This document shows, piece after piece, positions 24,366 through 34,521 of a stretch of 39,776 nucleotides of DNA (its first letter is position 1; each line of letters opens with the position of its first letter). A program made the translations under genes and the position numbers. The DNA comes from Octopus bimaculoides (lineage: Eukaryota). The notes under the pieces were generated by a model, which saw only the letters and a list, made by a program, of their open reading frames with translations, was not told where the DNA came from and did not search any database. Location: positions 17,372,606-17,412,381 of the forward strand of contig NC_068993.1 in NCBI RefSeq assembly GCF_001194135.2. Direction: 5' to 3'.

Positions 24366-24590
24366 AATGGTCAACAAGTTGGCAAACTGACAGAATCATC
24401 ACTGTGCTGGACGAAATGCTTAGTGGCATTTTGTTTGTCTTTGTGTTCTGAGTTCAAATTCCACTGAGGTTGACACTGCCTTTCATCCTCTCGGGGTTGA
24501 TAAAATAAGTACCAGTTGATCACTAGGGTTGATGTAATCGACTTACCCCTTTCCCGAAATTACTGGCCTTGTAGCAAAATTTGAAACCAA
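24366..24590 (+). mobile_element. SINE family D
   Basis: gaaatgcttagtggc...gagttcaaattcc...gcctttcatcc...ataaaataagtaccagtt. Confidence 0.85.
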
Positions 24591-24967
24591 TATGATGCTC
24601 AGCTTTTAACCCTTTCCCTGTCTCATGTGTTACACGTGAAACACAGAATATATTTCTCTGGCTTCCATGCATCATCATACAATATATCTGATTTCTTTTC
24701 AATTACCAAAGTATCTTGGGACTTATGAAATGAAAGCTTTATACTAGTCAGAAAATATAAAACAAGTGCTAATTAAAGTCGATAACAAGCATTGACACCT
24801 AAGATAAACTTACAAAAATGCTTTGGAAACGCAAAGGATTAATGTCACTTTTTCATGTAGTTCACATATAAAATAGAACTTATATGTTGCAAGAAAACAC
24901 AGACGGCAGAGTCTGTTAGTAAGTTTGGTCTTTTAATTTAAAGTTCAGTGTGAGCTAGTATGAAACT

Positions 24968-25198
24968 TTAACCCTTTTGTACAAACCCACCTGAGATTTA
25001 TTGCCCCTGGTTCAATGATACTAAATTTTTTATTTAGATTGATCTGAATTAAAACTGTTTATCAAAACTTCAAGCTAATTTATGTTCCATTACCAGCTTA
25101 ATTTTAACAAAAGTGTTTTACAAAATTCTTCATGATTTTAAGATTGATTGAAATGGAAATAGTGTATTTCAACAGAAAAATGGTAACAAAATAGTTAA
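24968..25198 (-). mobile_element. TTAA-flanked MITE (family F)
   Basis: ttaacccttttg...ggtaacaaaatagttaa; interior is the reverse of 28263-28475. Confidence 0.8.
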
Positions 25199-25351
25199 CT
25201 GGGCCACATTAAACTATTTCATCTGGCCACATTAAACTATTTCGTGATTACTATTGAATGTTAGTAATCACGAAATAGTTTAATGTGTTTTTTTTTTTTT
25301 TTTTTNNNNNNNNNNTTTTTTTTTTTTTTTTTTCGTGATTACTATTGAATG

Positions 25352-25740
25352 CATGATTAAGAAGTTCACTTTCCAGCCATGTAGTTTCAGGTTCAGTCCC
25401 ACTTTATGACACCTCGGGACTGACCAAAGCCTTGTGAGTGGTTTGGTAGATGAAAATTGAAAGAAACCCATTGTATGTGTGTGTGTGTGTCTCTTATCTT
25501 GACATAGCATGGTAGTTGTAAGAAATGTAAATAAGTGTCACCATCATACAATCAGCATCGTTCATTTCTAATCTTCTGTGAAAACATGTCTGTCGGACCA
25601 TTGGGAAATATTATCTTGTTTGGAAACAGGTGAGGGTTTGTGACAGGAAAGGCATCCAGTCATAGAAAATCTGTCTCAACAAATTCTGTCTGATATTTTC
25701 GAGCATGGGAAAGCGAATAATTAAACTGATGTTGGTGATT
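25352..25740 (+). mobile_element. SINE family B copy
   Basis: Head, (TG)n, ggaaacaggtgagggtttgtgacaggaaaggcatccag body. Confidence 0.8.
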
Positions 25741-25999
25741 GTGAAACTGATCAAGAAAATAGAGGGATTTTGTAAAATAACTAATTTGTTTATAGTTTAG
25801 CTGATGTCACAAGCATTGTGAATAAGAGCTTCTGACATAAAATATCAAAAGAAAGTTTTAATTTTAAAATATGTTAAAGCAAAAGGCCCTATTGTTTGAA
25901 TAGAACCAAAAGTGGTGTCAGACAGATTAAAGATTGCTGGTTTAGCTGCTGATAAGATGCTAATTTCCAGATGGTATCAGATACTTTAGTCATATTCCT

Positions 26000-26410
26000 C
26001 ATCATTATCATTGTTTTAACATCTACTTTTCCATGCTTTCATGGGTCAGATAGAGTTTATTGAGGTATATTTTCTATGGAAGGATGCCCTTCCTGATGCT
26101 CACTCTTACCTGTTTCCAAGCAAAGTAATATTTCCCTATGGTCAGATATACTCATAGAATATTGGGAATGAATGACACTGCTTGTATAACAGTGACACTT
26201 GTTTACATTCATCATGTTATGTCAAGACAAGGAGACATAAACACACACATTGGGCTTCTTTCAGTTTCCATCTACTAAATTCACTTACAAGGCTTTGGTC
26301 AGACTGGAGCTATAGTAGAAGACGCTTACTCAAGACATGCTACTCACTGGTACTGAACCTGCGCCCACGTGGTTGGGAAGCAAACTTCTTCACTACTCAG
26401 CTATGCTTGT
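26000..26410 (-). mobile_element. SINE family B copy
   Basis: Reverse match to family B. Confidence 0.8.
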
Positions 26411-26870
26411 GCATACCAGTGAAAATATATTTGCCTTCCCAAATATATTGGAAGCTAGAAACCTAAGTTAAGCACCAGCTTTCACTTTTTCTGATGTTAT
26501 GTGGACAAAAGATACCCCCCACCATTATTTCTCTCTTAGATTAGATGCCAGTTTAGTGCATGTAACAATCCCAGATAATCTGGTATTAATTCCTGATAGC
26601 CAAGTGAACTTAGACAATGTAAAATATATCTCCGGAAGTATAACAGAACGTCAGTAGAGTGTTTGAATTTATTGCCCATAAGCCACTATTTCACTGACTT
26701 ACCCATTTAGTCATTTTGCTGCCATCTGTGCCCTCCTGCCTTTTCAGGCATAATGTATATGTCTATGTCTGTCCTGTGTGTTTATAAGTGCATATAGTGT
26801 ATATAAGACTTTTTCTGTCCAAGGTGTATATAAGTGTATATAGTGTATATATAACTACATTTGTCCATTA

Positions 26871-26909
<39 letters not shown>

Positions 26910-26934
26910 GTAAAAATATGTGACACTTATTCAG

Positions 26935-27008
26935 TAGCCATGATAAAACTCCGAGTTTCGGATGCCAGGGTGGGAGCCCACGCCAACATCTCTTCAGTTA
27001 TCCGGCCA
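26935..27008 (-). ncRNA. Type I hammerhead ribozyme-like motif (antisense copy)
   Basis: Mirror image of the + copy; CUGAAGA at 26997-26991, predicted cleavage between 26947 and 26946. Confidence 0.7.
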
Positions 27009-27029
27009 ATTGAAAATTCCTGTGTCAAA

Positions 27030-27103
27030 TGGCCGGATAACTGAAGAGATGTTGGCATGGGCTCCCACCCTGGCATCCGAAACTCAGAGTTTTATCATGG
27101 CTA
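27030..27103 (+). ncRNA. Type I hammerhead ribozyme-like motif (sense copy)
   Basis: CUGAAGA 27041-27047; stem II GAUGUUGG/CUGGCAUC with one extra C; GAAA 27079-27082; near-palindromic stem III ACUC-A-GAGU; GUU triplet 27089-27091; stem I GAUAA/UUAUC plus UGGCC/GGCUA across an internal loop. Confidence 0.72.
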
Positions 27104-27676
27104 CTGAATAAGTGTCACATTTTTTTACAGATAAAAATTCCTCTATTTGCATAATATCGAGGTCTCTTTCTTTCTTTTATTGTCCTTCCTGTCAAATATA
27201 TATATGTATATATATATATGACTACATCTATCTGATGTGTATATAAATGTATATATTGATATGACTACTCTTGTCCAGTGTGTTTATATAAGACTCCATG
27301 TCCAATGTATGTATAAATGTATATAGTGTATATAAGAGGATATCTTCTCAATGTGTTCTTCCTTTATTTTTATACAGTAAAGTGTAGTTTGAGGGCAATG
27401 TGGTTACTATTTCTAGCAATTGAGCAACTACGTAGAGGTACCCTTGAGTAAGTAGTGATATGTATTTCCCCATAATGACACATCATATATTGCAGATAGC
27501 TGAGTGAGCAACATCAGTACGTTATCAGCTGTGAGGTTACCTACCAGTTCATGACTTGAACATTTAATGCAACAGCTGAGTTCACACAGCTTGAAGTAGA
27601 TACTTACTATAGGGTAGCATGGTTCATTACTGTAAGCAGGGGTAGCACTAATTTCAGTTAAGATTCTGTTGGTTTA

Positions 27677-27917
27677 CAGTTGTGACTCTCAACAGGGGTG
27701 CAGGTAAGATTTTGTTGTTAAAATTTATGTGCAATAAATTGGTTATACTTCTACCATACACAAAATATTTTAGCATATTTTTTATACGATTCCTAATAAT
27801 ATTTAATTTTAGAGATTTAATAATAGGATTTTTTTAAACATTGAATAGCTATGGGGGTCCACCCTAGTAAAATAGGAATCAAAGGGTCCAAAGGCAAAAC
27901 ATGGTTGAGAACCACTG
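27677..27917. mobile_element. Degenerate hAT MITE
   Basis: Right end ggttgagaaccactg (hAT-type TIR), degenerate left end, ggggtcc subterminal motifs; no clear TSD. A related remnant is at about 8713-8795. Confidence 0.55.
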
Positions 27918-28262
27918 CTTTATAATGTCAAGCCGAGAGAGAGAGAGAGAGAGAGCAATAAGAGGAATTACTGCGATGTATTTCATTTTGGACATACTAT
28001 ATACAGACCAGGTCTTCAGTGGAGCTCTCTCATGTAGCTGAAAGGAGTTATGATGCTAACCCATCTCCATCACAGCAACAACTTGTTTACAGTTAGGTTT
28101 TTAAGTTGTTGAGATGAATGACAATCTCAATAAGATATAAACAATTGAATTTTGGCCTAACTGGCCAACATCCTACCTATTGATTTAACTGTTTTGACTC
28201 AAGCCAGTGACGGAGCTTCAATGTATTCAATCAACTTGCTAGCAATAGCATGCAAATCTCTG

Positions 28263-28475
28263 TTAACCTTTTTGTTACCATATTTCTGTTGAAATATACT
28301 GCCTTTGTTTCACTTAATTTTTAAAATTAACGATGGATTTGCTAAAATAAACTTTGTCGTTATTAAGCTGGTGTTTGGAACATAAATCAGCATGAAGCTT
28401 TGATGTAAGGTTTTAATTTAAATCACTTCAAAAAAGCAAGAGTAATCTTGAGCGGATTGGTATCAAAAGGCTTAA
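28263..28475 (+). mobile_element. TTAA-flanked piggyBac-like MITE (family F)
   Basis: ttaacctttttgttacc...ggtatcaaaaggcttaa termini. Confidence 0.85.
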
Positions 28476-28824
28476 ATCACATCTATTGTCTTAGAACAAC
28501 AGATGTCTGTATTGAAAAATACGGTCCTAGTTGCACTGAAACTGTGAAATAGACTTGATGGTCATGACTGGATTATAGATCATAGATCATAGATCTGTTC
28601 AGTCAAAGCTGACCTGGGGCTAACGAATAACAGTAATTACTCCTTACTAAAAAGGAAACTGCTGTCCCTTGCTTTCAGTGACTCTGTTTTTATATTTATC
28701 TCTGTGTGTGTGTGATGTGTGTATTTGTCCCGCCCTCCTCTCATAACTGATTTACCAATTTAACAATCTTTCAGTGATCTTAAGTTAACAATACTTTTTT
28801 CTTTCTCTTCTGATAATAACATAG

Positions 28825-28923
28825 AAATGAAATGAAAGATCTGAAATTTCCCAGTGTTCGGACTGTTCTTTGGGATCGAGCCAGCCAAGGTCCAGCAGTT
28901 AATGTCGATATATCTTCTTTCAG
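28825..28923 (+). CDS. STIL: STIL-like gene, first identified coding exon (in-frame ATG at 28832; MKDLKFPSVRTVLWDRASQGPAVNVDISSF-R)
   Basis: Polypyrimidine tract then ...acatag| acceptor and CAG|gtaact donor; 99 nt, only one open frame, ends in phase 2. Aligns without gaps to human STIL [31 protein letters not shown] as recalled from memory (M, FP, LW, G, S, R conserved). Confidence 0.75.
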
Positions 28924-28929
28924 GTAACT

Positions 28930-28946
28930 ATTATTATTATTATTAT

Positions 28947-28999
<53 letters not shown>

Positions 29000-29016
29000 T
29001 TATTATTATTATTATT
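28930..29016. repeat. Compound (ATT)n(ACT)n(ATT)n microsatellite just after a STIL donor
   Basis: Directly visible. Confidence 0.95.
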
Positions 29017-29618
29017 AAAATTAAAAGAACAGTGCCATTGTTATCTAGTGAACGATATTTCGACATCTCGTGTGTCTTCAACTGGTTCAAAAAATAAATT
29101 TGTCAATCTACTTCATTTTGGTTAATATAGAAATGCCATTGTTATCTAGTGAACAATGGCACTCTTCTTTTAATTTTGACTCTATATCTCCAGGGGGAGT
29201 TACCTCAATCCTTTCTATATTATTATTATTATTATTGAGTGAGAGAGCAGTGCATGCCATCAAAGTGACATTGGGATACAAATATTTGAAGCCCAATATG
29301 CCTATCATTTCTACCTGTCTAATAAGGGTACACCAGGCACATACATCACAATGATGTGTGCACAACATGGTAGCCTCATATCAAGATAAGCAGTGCATGA
29401 CCTTGCAGGTGGGGCCCAGTTAGAATTTCCTTCAGGTCAAGTAGCCCATCCTGCTGAATAAGGGCTGTTTAAGGAAAATGATCAAAACTTGGCTTGGTTG
29501 AGCAGACATGATGGGAAAAACACTGCAATTGTGACCATTTGTGCCGAGCAGTTAATTTTTTCATCTTATATTGTTACTATGGCTACATTATATTATATAT
29601 CTTTCCCTTTTTTTGACA

Positions 29619-29838
29619 TATGAGGGGGCATTGAAAAGTTCCTGGCTTTGGATAAAAGAAAATTCAGGAAGATCAGTTAATTATGATTTTATTCAACATA
29701 TTCCCCTCTCAGATCCACACACCTATTGCAGCAGTCTTTCAGTTTTTCTAAGCTCTGTAAAAGAATTCAGAAGGTTGGGCCTCCAGCCAGGTCTTTCATG
29801 ATACCCTAAAACCAGGAACTTTTCAGCACTCCCTCATA
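29619..29838 (-). mobile_element. Mariner-derived deletion element
   Basis: TIRs tatgagggggcattgaaaagttcctgg / ccaggaacttttcagcactccctcata. Confidence 0.85.
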
Positions 29839-30582
29839 GTAGGATGCGATTTGAGGGAAATATGGTTCCTATTCTAAATAGGTTCAGCAACAACATACAG
29901 GCTCCCTTGCTGGCTTGTTTTTGTTGTTGTTTAGTCCTGAGTCAGCCCTGAGAGTGTAGACCTATGGAGATAAAAGGTGTTCCAGCTGTGGCCATCCTAG
30001 CTTTTTATATATCAGGGACTACATTGTCTAGTGTGTTGTGTCTCCGTTTTTTGAAACAGTAGAGTATATTTGAGGGAATTTGGTTGCTATTTCTTGCAGG
30101 TCAAACTAGCACTTGCAGTCTCCCACATTAGGCTATATTTTTTTGCTTTTGCTTTTATGTTACTGCTATCTGTGTTGGTGGAAGTGATGGTGTTATTAGT
30201 GTTGTTGTTGAAATGGTGTATTAGCAGGAAGAGTATTAAATTATGCACTTTAACAATATTTAGATCTGTCCCACTTTTTTTTCTGAATTCAGGTCCCTTC
30301 ATGGCCAGCTTTCCTTTTCATCTTTCTCTTCTGTACCTGTAATAAACAGGGACTGGTTCAAATGCTCTACACTAATGCTCAGTCAAAAGAAAATATTATG
30401 TTGTTAGAAACCGTAAGATACAGAATCAATACAATACTGTTGTCAGATCAATCAACTGACAATATTCTCTTTTGTACAAAATAAATTTAGATACAAACCA
30501 CAAGTGTTATGTAAAGATCATTGTACTGAAGAAAGACTATAGTTTTTATTTAAGTAAACCAAATGTATTTTTTAATTGTTCC

Positions 30583-30949
30583 TTAACCTTCTCGCATTCA
30601 GATTGCTCTGTCAAATAGAATATTTATTTATTCATATTGTTTTGAATCAATCATGCATTATCTCATAGCTTCAAAATTGTGATGATGTAATTGTAATTTT
30701 TTTTGTATGACATTGTAGGGCAAGTGTGAAAAGTTAGATCTGGTTGGTTTGAATGTAAAATCAGGTAGACTATACGGCCAGTTTAACCCTTTAGCATTTC
30801 AACCAGTAATATCAGGCCCAAATATTCTTGATGCTATTTTTGAAACTGGGCAGATCTTGTCTCTCACACCTACCTTACAATGTTGTTCTGATAAATAAGC
30901 AATCACATCACCGAAATCTCAAAATGCATAATCAGTGCTAAAGGGTTAA
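30583..30949. mobile_element. Two family E MITEs head to head, joined at TTAA 30783-30786
   Basis: Minus copy 30583-30786, then + copy starting ttaaccctttagcatt. Confidence 0.8.
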
Positions 30950-31135
30950 ACAAAAATAAGAATGTGGCATACTCCACCATCAAAATCCCAGGATTTCAAG
31001 CCTTGGGAAACGAAATCCCCAGGGAATTAAGAAATTATTGTCATTTCTTAATTGAATAAGAAATTAAGAAATTATTGTTAGTGTTGTAAAAATTCAAGAA
31101 TTAAAATGTTTCTTTTTTCTCTGTTTTACTTGTAG

Positions 31136-31248
31136 GAAATTTCAGATATGTCTCTCTTCAAAAGCTCTCTATATCCTCCTGCAACACTGTTCTGGGTTAG
31201 TGGAGAACCAGCTTTTGCTTTTGTCTGGTTATATACATTCAGATAATG
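31136..31248 (+). CDS. STIL: STIL-like gene, second coding exon (R-KFQICLSSKALYILLQHCSGLVENQLLLLSGYIHSDN-D)
   Basis: Strong acceptor ttttacttgtag| and donor G|gtaagt; 113 nt, phase 2 in and phase 1 out, compatible with both neighbours. Same length as, and ungapped against, the recalled human segment [38 protein letters not shown] (K, H, N, L, G, D, D conserved). Confidence 0.8.
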
Positions 31249-31304
31249 GTAAGTACTTCACTGTAATTGTCAGAAATTGTTTTGCTGTTTAATTACCATC
31301 TTTT

Positions 31305-31730
31305 CTCTTTTATCTTTTACTTGTTTGAGTCATTGGATTGTGGCCTTGCTGAGGCAGTACCTCAAAGGGTTTCAGTGGAACAAATGTATCCAAGTGCTTT
31401 TTTTTTTTAAAGTCTGGTACTTATTCTATCATTGTCTTTTGGTAAACTGCTAAGTTACGGGGACATAAAGCAACACCAGTTGAGCAGTGCAATGGGGTAA
31501 TAAATACAAAGACACACACACACATATATATATGTGTGTGTGTGTGTTTCTAGCTATCTATCTGTTTATAATGAGCTTTCACACAACCTCTGTTGCCAAA
31601 TTTACTCACAAGGCATTGGTTGGCCTGGAGTTGCAGTAGAAGACACTTGCCCAAGGTGCTGCACAGTGGGACTGAACCCGAAACCAAGTGGTTGCAAAGC
31701 GAGTTACTGAAACACGTAACCATGCCTACA
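31305..31730 (-). mobile_element. SINE family A copy in the STIL intron
   Basis: Collinear with 16522-16948. Confidence 0.85.
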
Positions 31731-32144
31731 CCTGATTTATTATTCAGTTTTATTTACGCATCAACCAAACTTTGTTACCTTTGTTTGTGTATGGATGTCT
31801 TTTAATCCAGTACAGACTTATGGTCAGCATCTTTCCAACTGTGATGATCCTGCTTTTTCTTGTGTGCAATACCTTGGGGGTGGGAAGGGAGTGGAGGGGG
31901 AGACATGTATGCTATTCTTTGCTGGATGGATGGCCATGTAAAAGCTCCCCTGTTAGCTTGAGTTATTTGAATGACTCAAATGTGAATTCTTTTGATATCA
32001 ACCCATCTGAGACTAACCCTGGCTCTATAATACAATCTTCCTGCTTTGAAGTGATCTAAAAACCTTCCATCAAAATTTCATCTTCATTTATGTTCCAAAT
32101 ATTTTACTACTAAAAGCACAAGGCCTGGAATTTGTTGATCACAG

Positions 32145-32530
32145 TTGATCACATCAACTCCAGTACTTGACTGGTATTTAATTTATTGACCCTGAAAGGA
32201 TGAAAGGCGAAGTCAAATTCGGCAGAATTTGAACTTAGAACAGACAGACAAAATACTGCTAAGCATTCTACCAGCTCGCTGCCTAACACGGTAACAAAAA
32301 TATGTTAACCAAAAGGGTTATGGCACATTTTATTATTTTGTTTGCCTCATAAGACAGTATACTGGCAGTCTTTCAGCCCTTTATGTTCTAAGTTAATTCC
32401 ACAGAGGTTAACTTTGCCTTTTATCCTTTCAGCGTTAATAAAATAAGTACCAGTTAAACACTGGGGTTGACGTAATCAACTTACTGACTCTCTTTAAATC
32501 ACTGGCCCTATGCCAAAATTTGAAAGAATT
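32145..32530. mobile_element. Two SINE family D segments (- then +)
   Basis: Matches to 34301-34496 in both orientations. Confidence 0.7.
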
Positions 32531-32664
32531 ATTTTGTCTATTTCAGTTTACTTGACTGGCAACCTGTGTTCTACAACTAATTCATAGTGATTGAAAGCAT
32601 CCTTCTTTAAAAATACTTGCTTCAACTCTATATTAAATGTAAAAATTTGTAAAGACTTCCCGTT

Positions 32665-32822
32665 TCTATGCACTGGCATTAGGAAGGGCATCCAGCTGTA
32701 GAAACTCTGCCAAATCAGATTGGAGTCTGGTGTAGCCACCTGGTTTACCAGTCCCCAGTCAAATCGTCCAACCCATGCTAGCATGGAAAGCGGACGTTAA
32801 ACGATGACGATGATGGTGATGA
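32665..32822 (+). mobile_element. RTE 3' tail fragment (another copy follows at about 32995-33215)
   Basis: ggcattaggaagggcatccagctgtagaaac...ggacgttaaacgatgacgatg. Confidence 0.85.
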
Positions 32823-34102
32823 AGTGAAAACAACATCTTTGTCATCTTTATCAGTCAAGTTTTTTTTTTTTTCATGAGGATCATAGATAGTATAAGCGAT
32901 AGAGCACTGATCTTGTGGTGTTTAGTTAATATTGTTTTAAACTTGGACAAGTGTCTTCTGCTGCTTTGTGACTGGATTTGGTAGATTTCTTTTCTTGCCT
33001 TGCAAGTTACTTGGCAACTTCACTAGTGTCACTGGCATGAAAAGATGCACCCAGTACATTCTGTAAAGTGATTGGCATTAAGAAGTGCATCCCAGATGTA
33101 GAGACCATGCTAAAGCTGACATTGGAGCTCAGTGCAGCCCTACAGCTCACCAGAACCTGTTAAACCATCCAACCCATGCCAGCATGGAAAATGGATGTTA
33201 AAGGATGATGTTATATGATTATGTCTCGTTGTTTTGACATCACGATAGTTGTAAATGAGTGTCACTGTTATACAAGTGGTGTCATTCATTTCCATTATTC
33301 TGCAAAAAAGAAAAAAATATCTGGTCATGAGGAAATATTACCTTGCATGGAAACAGGTGATGGTTGCCCAGTGGAAAGTCATCTGGGCATAGAAAATCTG
33401 CCTTAGTAAATGCTCTTTGTAAATGGTGATGATGATGATGTTCAAAGTTCAAATCCCGTTGATGTCAACTGTGTCTTTCAGCCTTTTGGTGTGAGTGGCG
33501 GTGGTGATGGGAATGAAATAAGTACCAGTCTAATACTAGAGTTAATTTAATCTATTGTCTCCTTCTCTCAAAAATGTCCTGACTTGTACTTTAGTTACAA
33601 ATTTGTATTATGTACCTTTTTTTTTTTTGGTGGCATTGTTATCAATAAAATAGTATCTCCTCATCTGCAACATTGGTTATTATGAAAGGAAGTAATTATT
33701 GGTAATTATCAATAATTATTTCCTTTGCTAACGACAACGGTACACTTATGGAGCAACTCTTTCAAAGCAGTAGTAGCAGCATCAGTAGTAGTAGAAGCAG
33801 CACCAGCAGTTGTTGTTGTTCACTTTCAAAGTCAGCCCTGGTCAAGTGGTCCTATGGTGAAAAGCTTTCCAGCAGTAATCACCCATCTTGTTTTCAGACA
33901 TGGCATGGTGTATCTAACTAACATCATACTGTCCAAGGGTAGGATGAGATTTGGTTGCTATCTCTAGCTAATCGAGTGACCATTTAGATGACCCTTGTTG
34001 ACTTGTCTTTACTGTTGTTGAAAAACCCCAAGTCAAATAGAATTGTGATCCTGAAGTGGGCCATTTATCACAAAATAGCTAAGTTTTCAGTTTAGAGAGA
34101 TT

Positions 34103-34521
34103 TTAATCCTCTTGTTACTATATTTCTACTGAACTATGCTGCTTTTGTTTTAATTAGTTTTGAAAACCATAAAAAATTTAGTAATATAACTTTATCATTA
34201 TCAATCTGGTATTTGGAAGATAAATTAAAATGAAATTTTGATGAAATGTTTTGATCTAAAACACTTTAAAACGAGAAGTTTGTACTGTAGAAGTAGGGAC
34301 AGGTGGCGAGCTGGCAGAAACGTTAGCACGCCAGGCGAAATGCTTAGCGGTATTTCGTCTGCCGTTACGTTCTGAGTTCTAATTCCGCTGAGGTCGACTT
34401 TGCCTTTCATCCTTCTGGGGTTGATAAATTAAGTACCAGTTATGCACTGAGGTTGATGTAATCGACTTAGTCCTTTGTCTGTCCTTGTTTGTCCCCGATG
34501 GATTGGTATCAAAAAGGTTAA
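34103..34521 (+). mobile_element. TTAA-flanked piggyBac-like MITE (family F) containing a SINE D insertion (34301-34496)
   Basis: MITE sequence matching 28263-28475 breaks at 34300 and resumes as gattggtatcaaaaaggttaa. Confidence 0.85.

Larger units (their letters stand above)
26905..27200. mobile_element. Inverted-repeat element, probably Penelope-like pLTR/retrozyme derived, inserted in a TA/TG microsatellite
   Basis: 109-bp arms 26905-27013 and 27025-27133 with 4 mismatches and an 11-nt spacer; about 65-nt pyrimidine-rich 3' extension on the right arm; (TA)n on both flanks. Confidence 0.65.

Noticed and set aside
27608-27629. 22-nt minus micro-exon with good acceptor and gtaagt donor
   Set aside because: Isolated; such pairs are expected by chance in 40 kb of AT-rich DNA.
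27960-28030. CUGAAGA...GAAA on the minus strand as a third hammerhead
   Set aside because: No NUH triplet in register and stems I and II do not pair.
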